The translations under genes were made by a program, and so were the position numbers. From Escherichia coli (GTDB lineage: Bacteria; Pseudomonadota; Gammaproteobacteria; Enterobacterales; Enterobacteriaceae), in NCBI RefSeq assembly GCF_044647545.1, contig NZ_CP172818.1: a DNA stretch of 64,000 nucleotides; one strand, given 5' to 3'. Below the pieces are notes generated by a model that saw only the letters and a list, made by a program, of their open reading frames with translations, was not told the origin of the DNA and did not search any database. This document shows positions 33,778 to 47,823 of the stretch, one piece after another; the first letter of the stretch is position 1, and each line of letters starts with the position of its first letter.

Positions 33778-33794
33778 CGTGTTCCTTAACCTAT

Positions 33795-35084
33795 TTAATG
33801 ATGTGCCACGTCGGTCTGCGCAACAGTGCGATTTACACGCAGAGTGAAAATAATCAGCGAACCGATGACCGCCACCGCTGCCAGCGTCAGTAATCCCGCC
33901 GCATCGCTGGAAAATAACGTTTCTGCTTTCACGCGCAGGATCGGGGCAATAAACCCGCCCACTGCACCAAACAGGTTTACAAAACCAATCCCCGCAGCCA
34001 GCGCCGTACCGGAAAGCAGTTGTGTCGGCATCGTCCAGAACACCGGCTGCACGGCAATAAACCCGATGGCTGCAACACACAGCGCTACGATCGCCAGTAC
34101 TGGAGAAAGCAGCCCGGACAGACCAATACCAATGCCCGCCGCCAGTAATGTCAGCGCTGCGACATTACGCCGTTCGCCGGTTTTATCGGAATAGCGCGGA
34201 ATAAGCCAGGTTCCAAACAAGGCCGCAACCCACGGAATGGCGGTGACCACCGACGCCGTAAAGCCCACTTTTGTCCCCAGCAATGCAGCAACCTGGGTCG
34301 GCAGGAAGAAAATTAATCCGTAAACCGCTACCTGAATGGTCAGGTAGATAATCGCCAGTTGCCAGACTCGCCCATTACGCAGCGCATCGCTCAGTCGGGA
34401 AGTCACTTTCTGTTGTTCTTCACTTGCCAGTTGGTTGATAAGCAACGTTTTTTCTTCTTTACTCAGAAAACGTGCCTGCTCCGGTGTGTCATCAAGCCAA
34501 AAGAATGTGAATACCCCAGCGCCGACTGCCAACAATCCTTCAATAACAAACATCCAGAACCAGCCGGGATGCCCCATAAATCCATGCATCTCCAGCAGCG
34601 CGCCAGAAAGCGGTGATCCCAGTGTTAACGCCAGCGGTGCGCCCATATAGAACAGCCCCATAATGCTGGCGCGATTACGCTGCGGAAACCATTGCGAGGT
34701 GAGATAAATCATACCAGGGAAAAACCCAGCCTCCGCAGCACCAAGCAGAGTGCGAACAATCAGAAATTTCGCTTCAGTATCGGCCCATGCCATGGCAGCC
34801 GAAAGAAATCCCCACAGCAGTGTTGTCGTACCAATCCAGGTTCTTGCCCCCAGTTTGCGCATCAAAAGATTCGCCGGAACCCCCAGAAACGCGTATACCA
34901 CAAAGAAAATGCCTGCTCCCAGCGCATAAGCTTCATTACTCAGCCCGGTATCAATCTGGTAGGTCTGTTTGGCAAAACCAATATTCGAACGGTCGAGAAA
35001 CGCCAGCACATACAGCGCCAACATAAACGGAATTAAACGCGCGCGGTTTTTCTTCACCACGGCGTCAAGCAAAGCGGTGCTCAT
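33795..35084 (-). CDS. rhmT: L-rhamnonate transporter (MFS)
   Basis: Track ORF 33795..35123 trimmed to [34 protein letters not shown]; 12-TM MFS. Confidence 0.88.
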
Positions 35085-35140
35085 AAAAAGCTCCTTAGAA
35101 TATGTGGGCGTTACCGTTGTCACAGCAACGCCCGGAGTGA

Positions 35141-36346
35141 TTAGTGGCTGTAGGGGCGTTTCAAATTGCAGTCACGATTGAGTTCGACGCCGAAACCGGG
35201 TTTATCAAGCACTGATTTATGAATACGACCATTCACCGGAACCGGCTCATTAAGCAGAATCGGATCAAATTGCGGACGCATCGTTGAACAATCCGGGCTG
35301 GTCATCAGGAATTCACTGAATGGCGTATTGGTGAAGGTGATCACCGCATGGTGGGAGTAAACAGACGAACCGTGCGGCACCACCAGTTGCCCCCTGGATT
35401 TGGCGATTGCGGCAATTTCCACCAGCGTGGTTAAGCCACCGCACCAGCCAACATCCGGCTGCATGATGTCGATACCGGTTTCTGAAAGCGTACGAAAAGA
35501 TTGCAGTGTGCCGTGGTGCTCACCGCTGGTGACCATCATCCCCGCTGGTGCGTTGCGTTTCAGTTCGCGATAACCTTCATACTGCTGTGGCGGCAGGCAC
35601 TCTTCGATCCATTTCAGGTTATAGGGCGCGCAAGCGTGGGCCAGTTTGGTGGCATAGTTCACGTCCTGACTCATCCAGCAGTCGAGCATTAACCAGAAAT
35701 CCTCACCGCATTTTTCACGCATATCCGCGACCATAGCGGCATCTTTGCGGATCCCCGCATCGCCATCATGTGGCCCCCAGTGCGTCGGCATTTTGCCACC
35801 GATGAAGCCCATCTCTTTTGCCAGATCCGGACGCGCACCTGTGGCGTAGAACTGAATCTCATCACGAACTGCGCCGCCTAAAAGTTTATAAACCGGAAGC
35901 CCGACCACTTTGCCGAACAGATCCCACAGAGCCAGATCGACACAGGAAATCGTATTCATCACCAGGCCACCAGAGCCGGAGTAATACAGGGTGGCATTGA
36001 GCATTTGATCGTGGATCAGTTTGATATCACTGACACATTTACCCTCAATGAAACGGTTAAGGTGTTTTTCGACAATAAAACAGCCCATTTCACCGGCTGT
36101 CGAAACGGCGAATCCGGTCTGGCCGTTTTCTGCTTCGACTTCAACAATCAACGTGCCAAGAACGTTAATGCCAAATGACTGGCGTGACTGCTCGTAATCG
36201 CGGTATTTACTCATCGGGGTGGCAATATGATCGTCAATCCAGTGATTCGCCCCCTGGTCGTGATAATCACCACCGCCAGCGCCTTTTTCTGCTGTCGCAC
36301 CGCCAGTAAACCAGGCGCGAACCTGTTTGATTTTTGGTAGGGTCAT
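35141..36346 (-). CDS. rhmD: L-rhamnonate dehydratase (enolase superfamily)
   Basis: Track ORF 35141..36358; start placed at [13 protein letters not shown] (the ORF allows a start 4 codons upstream). Confidence 0.88.
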   Translation of the reverse strand: MTLPKIKQVRAWFTGGATAEKGAGGGDYHDQGANHWIDDHIATPMSKYRDYEQSRQSFGINVLGTLIVEVEAENGQTGFAVSTAGEMGCFIVEKHLNRFIEGKCVSDIKLIHDQMLNATLYYSGSGGLVMNTISCVDLALWDLFGKVVGLPVYKLLGGAVRDEIQFYATGARPDLAKEMGFIGGKMPTHWGPHDGDAGIRKDAAMVADMREKCGEDFWLMLDCWMSQDVNYATKLAHACAPYNLKWIEECLPPQQYEGYRELKRNAPAGMMVTSGEHHGTLQSFRTLSETGIDIMQPDVGWCGGLTTLVEIAAIAKSRGQLVVPHGSSVYSHHAVITFTNTPFSEFLMTSPDCSTMRPQFDPILLNEPVPVNGRIHKSVLDKPGFGVELNRDCNLKRPYSH

Positions 36347-36360
36347 GCTGTTCTCCATTG

Positions 36361-37143
36361 TTATGAGGCCTGTAAGTCAAAGGGACTTTTCCATCCCAAC
36401 AGACGTGAAATATCCCTGGCGCAGGCAATAGCCTTGCCCGCCAGATAATCACGGTATTCTTCATTGATTTGTAAGCGGGTACCGACCACCGAGATCGCAG
36501 CGGTAAGCTCGTTATTGGCGTTAAACACCGGCGCAGCGACACAACGGACATCGGCGTAATCTTCGCCGTTGTCATAGCTCCAGCCCTGACGGCGAATACG
36601 CGCCAGTTCTTCGTGAAGTTGCTGTGGATGAGTAATCGTTGTGGGTGTCGCCTGCTCCCAGATCAGCCCTTCGATAATACTTTGCTGTACAGCGGCTGGT
36701 TGCCAGGCAAGAAGGCATTTCCCGATGCCGGAGCGATAAAGCGAAAGGCTTTTCCCTTCATGGGAACGCACGCTGATGGTGGCTGAAGACTCCACTTTCA
36801 GAATGTAATAAGCACTACCGTTATCGATGATCCCAAGGTGGCATAACAGCCCGGTGGTATCCATCAGTTGCGTCAAACGCGGTCGAGCCAGTTCCCGGAG
36901 ATCCATCTTGCTTAACGCATGACCGGAAAGCTCCACCAGCTTGGTCCACAAACAAAAATTTTCCTGGTGATCAAGGCTAAGAAAACGCTGACGCCTGAGT
37001 TCATTAAGCAGCAAATAGGCCGTGCTTTTAGGGATCCCCAATGTGTCAATGATCGTCGCAGCACTACAGGGGCCAATGCGGGCAATCAAATTGAGAATAT
37101 CAATAGCCCGTGTCAGGGCGGGAACTTTGCTTGATTCCAACAT
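36361..37143 (-). CDS. rhmR: IclR-family transcriptional regulator of the rhm operon
   Basis: 260-aa ORF with N-terminal HTH and C-terminal IclR effector domain. Confidence 0.88.
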   Translation of the reverse strand: MLESSKVPALTRAIDILNLIARIGPCSAATIIDTLGIPKSTAYLLLNELRRQRFLSLDHQENFCLWTKLVELSGHALSKMDLRELARPRLTQLMDTTGLLCHLGIIDNGSAYYILKVESSATISVRSHEGKSLSLYRSGIGKCLLAWQPAAVQQSIIEGLIWEQATPTTITHPQQLHEELARIRRQGWSYDNGEDYADVRCVAAPVFNANNELTAAISVVGTRLQINEEYRDYLAGKAIACARDISRLLGWKSPFDLQAS

Positions 37144-37362
37144 ACTGGACTCCAGTCTTAGATACTGGAATCAGTCTCGTTGCTCAGGGGGAGTAAAATT
37201 GTGAAGCGCATCAAATCCCGCTCCTCGTCCAGCGGACTGGAGAAATTACGCACAAATTTGTGAATCAGCGCACGGATTTTTTCTTATTGAGTACAACAGG
37301 TTGGACAAATTTTGCCGGAGGGGGAATGTGCCGGTGCAGTAAACCGGCACAGAGTGGCGGAA

Positions 37363-38565
37363 TCAGACAGATAAGGTCATGGACTCAACAACCTCAATCC
37401 AGCCATGCTCACTGGCGATGTCCTGGCCGTTTAACCAACGGCGCAGCATATTCAGTGCCATCATTGCGCACACTTCCTGACGGATAGCCAGGCTGTAGCG
37501 CGTAGTGCTGAAACGCACACGCAGAGCGAAAGTGCCGTCTGGCGTGGCTAGCGCAAAGTTGAGATGCTCGTTCTCGAAACCCGAAACAGCCAGTGCCAGC
37601 CCGGCAAAATGGTTGGCCCGCCGTTCTGTCATCCAGTGCGCAGTTTGCGCCAGGGTTTCTTCCTGTGAAGGAACCACTTCACACGCCAGCAATGGAGCAC
37701 CTGCGCGAGAAAGTTGCAAAGCCAATAAACCGCCGGTGAATTGCTCGCTCAACGTCAGGCTGAACTGGCGGTTTTGCAATTCGCGACTGATCTGCGCGGG
37801 CAGTCCTTCGGTGCCTTCGAAAATCACGCTCTGTCCGGCAACTCGTTTAACGTCCAGCCACAGTTTTTCCATCGCCTGTTGCTCGCTTGCCGGTCCGGTG
37901 AGCTTCAGTTCGATGATCGGCATTGAGGAGCGATAGCCCATTGTTACGCCCGGCGGCAGTTGTAGAGTGTCCAGGCTTTGTGCCAGATCGCTTTCCGAAC
38001 GACCAAAGGTAGTCAAACGCAGACAAACCGGCGGCTGCGGTAAAGAAAAACGCTCGCGCAAGCGCGGCAGGATTTCGTGCTCGACCATCACCTTAAATTC
38101 TGACGGTACGCCAGGGGTAAAGAACATCAGGCAACGATTAAGCTGCACGGCAAAACCACAGGCGGTGCCTACCGGGTTATTGATAAATTCAGCACTGGCA
38201 GGCAGCTCTGCTTGTTTACGGTTGCTCGGTGCCATTACTCGTCCACGTTCGTGGAAATAGCGTTCCATCTCTTTGAGCCAGGCTTCATGCAACACCAGGC
38301 CTTCACCTTTTGCTGTCGCAGCGGCGAGTGCGCTTAAATCATCACTGGTCGGCCCCAGCCCGCCGTTAACGATCAGCACATCGGCGTGCTGACTCCGTTC
38401 GCGAAGAATGGTGACTAAGTCATCAAGGTTATCCCCCACCGTATTGCGGCGAGATAATGGCAACCCCTGATGAAAGAAAAAATCGGCCAGCCAGGCAGCG
38501 TTAGTGTCAACGATTTGCCCGTGTAACACTTCATCCCCGGTGGATAACATTTCCACTTTTAACAT
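37363..38565 (-). CDS. pncC: CinA-like NMN amidohydrolase
   Basis: 400-aa ORF, MoCF-binding N-domain (MLKVEMLSTGDEVLHGQIVDTNAAWLA), recognised as yfaY/PncC. Confidence 0.85.
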   Translation of the reverse strand: MLKVEMLSTGDEVLHGQIVDTNAAWLADFFFHQGLPLSRRNTVGDNLDDLVTILRERSQHADVLIVNGGLGPTSDDLSALAAATAKGEGLVLHEAWLKEMERYFHERGRVMAPSNRKQAELPASAEFINNPVGTACGFAVQLNRCLMFFTPGVPSEFKVMVEHEILPRLRERFSLPQPPVCLRLTTFGRSESDLAQSLDTLQLPPGVTMGYRSSMPIIELKLTGPASEQQAMEKLWLDVKRVAGQSVIFEGTEGLPAQISRELQNRQFSLTLSEQFTGGLLALQLSRAGAPLLACEVVPSQEETLAQTAHWMTERRANHFAGLALAVSGFENEHLNFALATPDGTFALRVRFSTTRYSLAIRQEVCAMMALNMLRRWLNGQDIASEHGWIEVVESMTLSV

Positions 38566-38664
38566 GGTTATCTCCTGCTTTTGTTATCGAATCACTATAA
38601 CGCAAAGGGAGATAAGGCGTAGTAAGAAACTGAATGGCGCGGCAGAATGCCGCGCCGGAAGGGA

Positions 38665-39207
38665 TCAGAAACTGGCGTTAACCCCCACATACGGGCCGTC
38701 AGCCACGGCGTTGTCGCGGTTACCGTCTTTACCCGACAGATTCAGGTAGCGATAACCCGCCTCAATACTGACTGGACGCATAATGGTGTAACGCGCGCCC
38801 GCATTCGCTTCCTCATAACTTTGAATACCGCTGGAGAGCGAATCCGGGGAGTAATAATACTCGCCAAACAGACGGAAACTGTTGCCAATTTTCCACTGCA
38901 AACCACCTCCTACCGCTGCGGCATAACCTTCATCGCCGTAATTCGGGTTGGTGTAAACGCCTTTTCCGCCAACGGTCGCCATTAACGGCCCGAGAGGCAG
39001 ATTCAACCCCAGCCCCACGCCCGCGACGTCACCGTCGTCGTCGTTATGTGTCCAGTTACCGCTTAACGCCAGGCCCGTCGATTCAGTCCCAAAACCGACA
39101 CCAATATTGGTGTATTCTTTACCCGCCTGACCGCTGATGCTCATTGCATTGACCGATGCAGAAACCAACAGCATTCCGGCCAGACCTGCTAGCGCAATTT
39201 TTTTCAT
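38665..39207 (-). CDS. yfaZ: outer-membrane protein of unknown function
   Basis: 180-aa ORF with signal peptide (MKKIALAGLAGMLLVSASVNA), Gly/Tyr-rich beta-strand pattern and C-terminal aromatic (F). Confidence 0.8.
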   Translation of the reverse strand: MKKIALAGLAGMLLVSASVNAMSISGQAGKEYTNIGVGFGTESTGLALSGNWTHNDDDGDVAGVGLGLNLPLGPLMATVGGKGVYTNPNYGDEGYAAAVGGGLQWKIGNSFRLFGEYYYSPDSLSSGIQSYEEANAGARYTIMRPVSIEAGYRYLNLSGKDGNRDNAVADGPYVGVNASF

Positions 39208-39484
39208 ATCCCCTTTCCCACAAGCAATTAATCAAAATTCCCAAAGCTGCGGGATTGTACTGCCTGGCGCAGAGGATTCAATGAGCGAAAAAAGGGATCT
39301 AGTCACTTATTGTAACTAAATACTTCTTAAATAATTAAACGCCGCAAAAATAAACACACTTTATCGATACACACAAAAATAATAATAAGTACAGTTATCA
39401 TCGCAAAAGAGATTACTGTCACTTTCACATATTTCTGAGTTACCGTATTCTCATGGTTTCTTTTTATTTATAAGGAATACCCCT

Positions 39485-39910
39485 GTGCGACAACGGACTA
39501 TTGTATGCCCTTTGATTCAAAATGATGGTGCTTATTTGCTGTGTAAAATGGCCGACGATCGCGGCGTTTTCCCCGGTCAATGGGCGCTTTCGGGTGGCGG
39601 CGTAGAGCCTGGCGAACGAATTGAAGAGGCACTACGCCGCGAAATTCGCGAAGAACTGGGAGAACAGCTGCTTTTGACAGAAATCACGCCGTGGACCTTC
39701 AGCGATGATATTCGCACCAAGACGTATGCAGATGGTCGCAAGGAAGAGATTTATATGATTTACCTGATTTTTGACTGCGTTTCTGCCAACCGAGAAGTGA
39801 AAATAAACGAAGAGTTTCAGGACTACGCGTGGGTAAAACCTGAAGATCTAGTGCACTATGATTTGAATGTCGCCACCCGAAAAACGTTACGTTTGAAAGG
39901 TCTTCTGTAA
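39485..39910 (+). CDS. nudI: Nudix hydrolase (pyrimidine deoxynucleoside triphosphate pyrophosphohydrolase)
   Basis: 141-aa ORF with Nudix box [24 protein letters not shown]; probably a GTG start. Confidence 0.85.
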   Translation: MRQRTIVCPLIQNDGAYLLCKMADDRGVFPGQWALSGGGVEPGERIEEALRREIREELGEQLLLTEITPWTFSDDIRTKTYADGRKEEIYMIYLIFDCVSANREVKINEEFQDYAWVKPEDLVHYDLNVATRKTLRLKGLL

Positions 39911-39917
39911 CAATGAT

Positions 39918-39937
39918 GACAGCCATTACTGGCTGTC
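39918..39937. terminator. bidirectional hairpin between convergent nudI and ais
   Basis: gacagccattactggctgtc perfect inverted repeat. Confidence 0.45.
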
Positions 39938-39948
39938 AGATTGAAAAT

Positions 39949-40551
39949 TTAGTGGTTAACGAATTCCCCATCCAGATAAACTTTGCCTTTTTCCACATGC
40001 ATGACTAAACCATCCAGATAATCAGGTTTAAATGTCGCATCACGCTTATCTTTAGCAATATATGTCAGGCAATGATTATGGGTAAAAATAACGATATTTT
40101 TATCAGGTGCTTTGCTTTGTAAGTCCTTAATTGCACTATAAATCTCATTACCGCATTGAAGAAATCGTTTATCTACCGTCAATTTTTTACCCGCTGAAAA
40201 CCAGGTCGCCGACTGAATGGTCCGGACGGTATTACTGGAATAAAGATCGAAATCAGGGATATCAGCACTAAAAGCGTTGCCCAGTTCACGGGCATCCTGG
40301 GTACCTTTGACCGTAATACCTGTTTTATCTGACAAGCATTGATTGGTTGAACGATCGCAACGTTCAGCATGGCGAAACAAAACGACAACCGGGTGCTGCT
40401 GTGCCAGTCTGGCCAGCGTTTTATTGTCGATACGTGGCAAACCATTGCTACTCCAGGCGGCATGAGTACCCAGTCCGGCAATTGCAGCGAGCGCCAGTAA
40501 AATGATGAAATATTTTTTTGACTTCAACGAAGAGCGGCAAAAAGCTAACAC
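39949..40551 (-). CDS. ais: lipopolysaccharide core heptose(II)-phosphate phosphatase (aluminium-inducible)
   Basis: Track ORF 39949..40608 trimmed to the GTG giving (M)[25 protein letters not shown], with GGAG about 9 nt upstream; histidine-phosphatase RHAER motif. Confidence 0.8.
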   Translation of the reverse strand: MLAFCRSSLKSKKYFIILLALAAIAGLGTHAAWSSNGLPRIDNKTLARLAQQHPVVVLFRHAERCDRSTNQCLSDKTGITVKGTQDARELGNAFSADIPDFDLYSSNTVRTIQSATWFSAGKKLTVDKRFLQCGNEIYSAIKDLQSKAPDKNIVIFTHNHCLTYIAKDKRDATFKPDYLDGLVMHVEKGKVYLDGEFVNH

Positions 40552-40743
40552 GTAAACTCCACCTATAGACAAGCGCAACCAGACAATTACCGTGAAATTG
40601 AGCGACATTTCTGGCGATAATTAGCAGTTGGTGTAATATTAAAAATCCTGCGATGCCGGCAAAATGCCTCAAAATTTTGCCAAATGCAAAGCCTAAATAA
40701 GAAAAAATATAAAAATTTCAATATTTACGTCTAATATTAGTTT

Positions 40744-40760
40744 CTTAAGGTTAAGTTAAT
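40744..40760 (+). promoter_or_regulatory. PmrA (BasR) box upstream of arnB
   Basis: cttaag-gttaa-gttaat: direct hexamer repeat with 5-bp spacer matching the YTTAAK-N5-YTTAAK pattern, about 80 bp upstream of arnB in the AT-rich ais-arnB intergenic region. Confidence 0.5.
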
Positions 40761-40840
40761 ATTCTATCCTTAAAATTTTGCTCCAAATGGCAAAATATAC
40801 ACAACACTCTTTATAGCAAATATAAGTGGACAGGTATTCA

Positions 40841-41998
40841 ATGGCGGAAGGAAAAGCAATGTCAGAATTTTTGCCTTTTTCGCGACCAGCAATGGGCGTG
40901 GAGGAACTCGCTGCAGTTAAAGAGGTTCTCGAATCCGGTTGGATCACAACCGGTCCGAAGAATCAGGCGCTTGAACAAGCCTTTTGCCAGTTGACGGGAA
41001 ATCAGCATGCCATCGCGGTCAGTTCAGCCACCGCCGGAATGCATATCACGCTAATGGCGTTGGAAATTGGCAAGGGCGATGAAGTGATTACGCCTTCCCT
41101 GACCTGGGTTTCAACCCTCAATATGATCTCCTTGTTGGGTGCAACGCCGGTAATGGTGGATGTCGACCGCGATACGCTGATGGTCACGCCTGAAGCGATC
41201 GAGTCAGCCATTACGCCACGCACTAAAGCCATCATTCCGGTGCATTATGCCGGTGCGCCAGCAGATATTGACGCCATTCGCGCCATTGGCGAACGTTACG
41301 GCATCGCAGTTATCGAAGATGCTGCCCATGCCGTCGGTACGTATTACAAAGGGCGACATATTGGCGCAAAAGGTACCGCTATTTTTTCATTTCATGCCAT
41401 TAAAAATATTACCTGTGCTGAAGGTGGCCTGATTGTAACTGATAATGAAAACCTTGCCCGCCAGCTACGGATGCTGAAATTTCACGGTCTGGGTGTCGAT
41501 GCCTATGACAGACAAACCTGGGGCCGTGCACCGCAAGCTGAAGTCTTAACACCGGGCTATAAGTACAATCTGACCGATATTAACGCCGCGATTGCCCTGA
41601 CACAGTTAGCAAAATTAGAGCACCTCAACACCCGTCGGCGCGAAATTGTCCAGCAATATCAGCAAGCACTGGCAGCTCTCCCCTTTCAGCCATTAAGCCT
41701 TCCCGCCTGGCCGCACGTTCACGCCTGGCATCTGTTTATTATTCGTGTCGATGAACAACGTTGTGGTATCAGTCGCGATGCGTTGATGGAAGCGTTAAAA
41801 GAAAGAGGTATTGGTACCGGGTTACATTTCCGCGCCGCTCACACACAAAAATATTATCGCGAGCGTTTTCCCACGCTGTCGTTACCGAATACCGAATGGA
41901 ATAGCGAACGCATCTGTTCGTTGCCGCTGTTCCCGGATATGACCACCGCCGATGCCGACCGCGTCATCACAGCCCTTCAGCAACTCGCAGGACAATAA
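40841..41998 (+). CDS. arnB: UDP-4-amino-4-deoxy-L-arabinose aminotransferase
   Basis: Track ORF 40826..41998 trimmed to [23 protein letters not shown] (DegT/ArnB family). Confidence 0.9.
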   Translation: MAEGKAMSEFLPFSRPAMGVEELAAVKEVLESGWITTGPKNQALEQAFCQLTGNQHAIAVSSATAGMHITLMALEIGKGDEVITPSLTWVSTLNMISLLGATPVMVDVDRDTLMVTPEAIESAITPRTKAIIPVHYAGAPADIDAIRAIGERYGIAVIEDAAHAVGTYYKGRHIGAKGTAIFSFHAIKNITCAEGGLIVTDNENLARQLRMLKFHGLGVDAYDRQTWGRAPQAEVLTPGYKYNLTDINAAIALTQLAKLEHLNTRRREIVQQYQQALAALPFQPLSLPAWPHVHAWHLFIIRVDEQRCGISRDALMEALKERGIGTGLHFRAAHTQKYYRERFPTLSLPNTEWNSERICSLPLFPDMTTADADRVITALQQLAGQ

Positions 41999-42969
<971 letters not shown>

Positions 42970-42970
<1 letters not shown>

Positions 42971-44952
42971 TGAAAACCGTCGTTTTTGCCTACCACGATA
43001 TGGGATGCCTCGGTATTGAAGCCCTGCTGGCTGCCGGTTACGAAATTAGCGCCATTTTTACCCATACTGATAATCCCGGTGAAAAAGCCTTTTATGGTTC
43101 GGTGGCTCGTCTGGCAGCGGAAAGAGGCATTCCGGTTTATGCGCCGGATGACGTTAACCATCCGCTGTGGGTGGAACGCATTGCCCAACTATCACCAGAT
43201 GTGATTTTCTCTTTTTATTATCGCCATCTTATTCACGACAAGATTTTGCAGCTCGCTCCTGCAGGCGCATTTAATCTGCATGGTTCACTGTTACCAAAAT
43301 ATCGTGGTCGCGCGCCGCTGAACTGGGTGCTGGTGAACGGTGAAACGGAAACTGGCGTGACATTGCACCGAATGGTGAAACGTGCCGATGCTGGGGCCAT
43401 TGTAGCCCAACTGCGCATTGCCATTGCGCCAGACGATATCGCCATTACGCTGCATCATAAGTTATGCCATGCCGCGCGACAGCTACTGGAGCAGACATTA
43501 CCCGCCATTAAAGACGGTAATATTCTGGAAATCGCCCAGTGCGAAAACGAAGCCACCTGTTTTGGTCGCAGAACGCCAGAAGACAGCTTCCTCGAGTGGC
43601 ACAAATCGGCAGCAGTATTGCATAACATGGTGCGTGCAGTCGCCGATCCGTGGCCGGGTGCCTTCAGCTATGTTGGTAATCAAAAATTTACCGTCTGGTC
43701 GTCACGCGTACATCCTCATACATCCGCAGCGCAGCCGGGAAGCGTGATTTCTGTTGCGCCGTTGCTGATTGCCTGTGGCGATGGCGCGCTGGAAATCGTC
43801 ACCGGACAGGCGGGCGACGGCATTACTATGCAGGGCTCACAATTAGCCCAGACGCTGGGGCTGGTGCAAGGTTCACGCTTGAATAGCCAGCCGGTCTGCG
43901 CCGCCCGACGCCGTACCCGGGTACTCATCCTCGGTGTGAATGGCTTTATTGGCAACCATCTGACAGAACGCCTGCTGCGCGAAGATCATTATGAAGTTTA
44001 CGGTCTGGATATTGGCAGCGATGCGATAAGCCGTTTTCTGAATCATCCGCATTTTCACTTTGTCGAAGGCGATATCAGTATTCATTCCGAATGGATTGAG
44101 TATCACGTCAAAAAATGTGATGTCGTCTTGCCTTTGGTGGCGATAGCCACGCCGATTGAATATACCCGCAACCCGCTGCGCGTATTTGAACTCGATTTCG
44201 AAGAGAATCTGCGCATTATCCGCTACTGCGTGAAGTACCGTAAGCGAATCATCTTCCCGTCGACTTCAGAAGTTTATGGGATGTGTAGCGATAAATACTT
44301 CGATGAGGACCATTCTAATTTAATCGTCGGCCCGGTGAATAAACCACGCTGGATTTATTCGGTGTCTAAACAATTACTTGATCGAGTGATCTGGGCCTAT
44401 GGCGAAAAAGAGGGGTTACAGTTCACCCTCTTCCGCCCGTTTAACTGGATGGGACCGCGACTGGATAACCTTAATGCAGCGCGAATCGGCAGCTCCCGCG
44501 CGATTACGCAACTCATTCTCAATCTGGTAGAAGGTTCACCAATTAAGCTGATTGATGGCGGAAAACAAAAACGCTGCTTTACTGATATTCGCGATGGTAT
44601 CGAGGCGTTATACCGCATTATCGAAAATGCGGGAAATCGCTGCGACGGCGAAATTATCAACATTGGCAATCCTGATAACGAAGCGAGCATTGAGGAACTG
44701 GGCCAGATGCTGCTGGCGAGCTTCGAAAAACATCCGCTGCGCCATCACTTCCCACCGTTTGCGGGCTTTCGTGTTGTCGAAAGTAGCAGCTACTACGGCA
44801 AAGGATATCAGGACGTAGAGCATCGTAAACCAAGCATCCGCAATGCCCGCCGCTGCCTGGACTGGGAGCCGAAAATTGATATGCAGGAAACCATCGACGA
44901 AACGCTGGATTTCTTCCTGCGCACCGTCGAGCTTACGGATAAACCATCATGA
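42970..44952 (+). CDS. arnA: bifunctional UDP-glucuronic acid decarboxylase / UDP-Ara4N formyltransferase
   Basis: 660-aa ORF with N-terminal formyltransferase and C-terminal NAD-binding GxxGxxG ([12 protein letters not shown]); start overlaps the arnC stop. Confidence 0.95.
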
Positions 44953-45839
44953 CAAAAGTAGGCTTACGCATTGATGTCGATACCTTTCGTGGCACCCGTG
45001 AAGGCGTGCCGCGTCTGCTGGAAATCTTGAGTAAGCATAATATTCAGGCCAGCATTTTTTTCAGCGTCGGCCCGGACAATATGGGCCGCCATCTCTGGCG
45101 ACTGGTGAAGCCACAGTTTTTGTGGAAGATGCTGCGCTCAAACGCGGCATCGCTTTATGGCTGGGATATTTTACTGGCAGGTACGGCCTGGCCAGGTAAA
45201 GAGATTGGTCATGCCAATGCCGATATCATTTGTGAAGCAGCTAAACATCACGAAGTCGGCCTGCACGCCTGGGATCACCATGCCTGGCAAGCCCATAGCG
45301 GTAACTGGGATCGGCAAACATTGGTCGACGATATTGCACGCGGCCTTCGCACTCTGGAAGAGATTATCGGTCAACCGGTAACCTGTTCTGCCGCTGCGGG
45401 CTGGCGTGCCGACCAGCAGGTGATCGAAGCAAAAGAAGCGTTCCATTTGCGCTACAACAGCGATTGTCGTGGGGCCATGCCGTTTCGGCCACTGCTCGAA
45501 TCAGGAAACCCTGGCACTGCGCAAATTCCGGTGACCTTACCCACCTGGGATGAAGTGATTGGTCGGGATGTGAAAGCAGAAGATTTTAACGGTTGGTTAC
45601 TCAACCGCATCCTGCGAGATAAAGGCACGCCGGTTTATACCATTCATGCCGAAGTTGAAGGCTGCGCTTATCAGCATAATTTTGTGGATCTCCTCAAACG
45701 CGCAGCTCAGGAAGGCGTGACATTTTGCCCTTTAAGCGAACTGTTATCAGGGATGTTGCCGCTCGGACAAGTTGTTCGCGGAAATATTGCCGGACGTGAA
45801 GGCTGGCTGGGTTGCCAACAAATTGCGGGTAGTCGCTGA
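44949..45839 (+). CDS. arnD: 4-deoxy-4-formamido-L-arabinose-phosphoundecaprenol deformylase
   Basis: 296-aa ORF recognised as ArnD; ATGA overlap with arnA. Confidence 0.92.
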
Positions 45840-47491
45840 TGAAATCGGTACGTTACCTTATCGGCCTCTTCGCGTTTATTGCCTGCTATTACCTGTTACC
45901 GATCAGCACGCGTCTGCTATGGCAACCCGATGAAACGCGTTATGCGGAAATCAGTCGAGAAATGCTGGCATCCGGCGACTGGATTGTGCCCCATTTGTTA
46001 GGGCTACGTTATTTCGAAAAACCCATTGCCGGATACTGGATTAACAGCATTGGGCAATGGCTATTTGGCGCGAATAACTTTGGTGTGCGGGCAGGCGTTA
46101 TCTTTGCGACCCTGTTAACTGCCGCGCTGGTGACCTGGTTTACTCTGCGCTTATGGCGCGATAAACGTCTGGCTCTACTCGCCGCAGTGATTTATCTCTC
46201 ATTGTTTATTGTCTATGCCATTGGCACTTATGCCGTGCTCGATCCGTTTATTGCCTTCTGGCTGGTGGCGGGAATGTGCAGCTTCTGGCTGGCAATGCAG
46301 GCACAGACGTGGAAAGGCAAAAGCGCGGGATTTTTACTGCTGGGAATCACCTGCGGCATGGGGGTGATGACCAAAGGTTTTCTCGCCCTTGCCGTGCCGG
46401 TATTAAGCGTGCTTCCATGGGTTGCAACGCAAAAACGCTGGAAAGATCTCTTTATTTACGGCTGGCTGGCGGTTATCAGTTGCGTACTGACGGTTCTCCC
46501 CTGGGGACTGGCGATAGCGCAGCGGGAGCCTGACTTCTGGCACTATTTTTTCTGGGTTGAGCATATTCAACGCTTTGCAATGGATGATGCTCAGCATAGA
46601 GCTCCGTTCTGGTACTACTTGCCGGTCATCATTGCCGGTAGCCTGCCGTGGCTGGGATTACTCCCCGGAGCACTGTACGCAGGCTGGAAAAACCGCAAGC
46701 ATTCCGCAACCGTCTATTTGTTGAGCTGGACGATAATGCCGCTGCTGTTTTTCTCCGTCGCTAAAGGCAAATTGCCCACCTATATTCTTTCCTGCTTTGC
46801 ACCTCTGGCAATGCTGATGGCGCATTACGCTTTGCTGGCAGCAAAAAATAATCCTCTGGCGCTGCGGATTAATGGCTGGATTAACATCGCTTTTGGTGTC
46901 ACTGGCATTATTGCCACATTTGTGGTCTCCCCATGGGGACCAATGAACACGCCAGTGTGGCAAACCTTCGAGAGCTATAAAGTCTTTTGTGCCTGGTCGA
47001 TTTTTTCGCTATGGGCATTTTTCGGCTGGTACACCTTAACAAACGTCGAAAAGACCTGGTCTTTTGCCGCGCTTTGCCCGCTGGGGCTGGCGTTGCTGGT
47101 AGGATTTTCAATTCCTGACAGAGTCATGGAAGGAAAACATCCGCAATTTTTTGTCGAGATGACACAAGAATCACTTCAGCCAAGCCGCTATATTCTTACT
47201 GATAGCGTCGGTGTTGCCGCAGGTCTGGCATGGAGCCTGCAACGCGATGACATCATCATGTATCGCCAGACAGGTGAGTTGAAATACGGCCTTAATTATC
47301 CGGATGCGAAAGGGAGATTTGTCAGCGGTGATGAGTTCGCAAACTGGCTTAATCAACATCGTCAGGAGGGGATTATTACACTCGTACTTTCGGTTGACCG
47401 CGATGAAGATATCAACAGTCTCGCCATTCCGCCCGCAGATGCCATCGATCGTCAGGAGCGTCTGGTGCTGATTCAGTATCGTCCCAAATGA
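45839..47491 (+). CDS. arnT: undecaprenyl phosphate-alpha-L-Ara4N:lipid A arabinosyltransferase
   Basis: 550-aa polytopic membrane protein; overlaps the arnD stop. Confidence 0.93.
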
Positions 47492-47823
47492 TCTGGCTAA
47501 CATTAGTCTTTGCCAGCTTGCTTAGCGTTGCCGGGCAGTTGTGTCAGAAACAGGCAACCTGCTTTGTGGCGATAAACAAACGGCGCAAACATATCGTGCT
47601 GTGGCTGGGACTGGCGCTGGCTTGTCTTGGTCTTGCCATGGTGCTCTGGCTGCTGGTCTTGCAGAACGTACCGGTAGGCATTGCCTACCCGATGTTAAGT
47701 CTGAATTTTGTCTGGGTGACGCTGGCTGCAGTAAAACTGTGGCACGAACCGGTATCGCCGCGTCACTGGTGTGGAGTAGCGTTCATTATTGGCGGCATTG
47801 TGATCCTCGGGAGTACGGTGTAA
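47488..47823 (+). CDS. arnE: undecaprenyl phosphate-Ara4N flippase subunit
   Basis: 111-aa four-TM protein; ATGA overlap with arnT. Confidence 0.88.

Noticed and set aside
33778..34080. Upstream extension of rhmA (track ORF of 368 aa)
   Set aside because: It would overlap the rhmT CDS by about 300 bp in another frame; the conserved aldolase N-terminus MNALLSNPF is at 33777.
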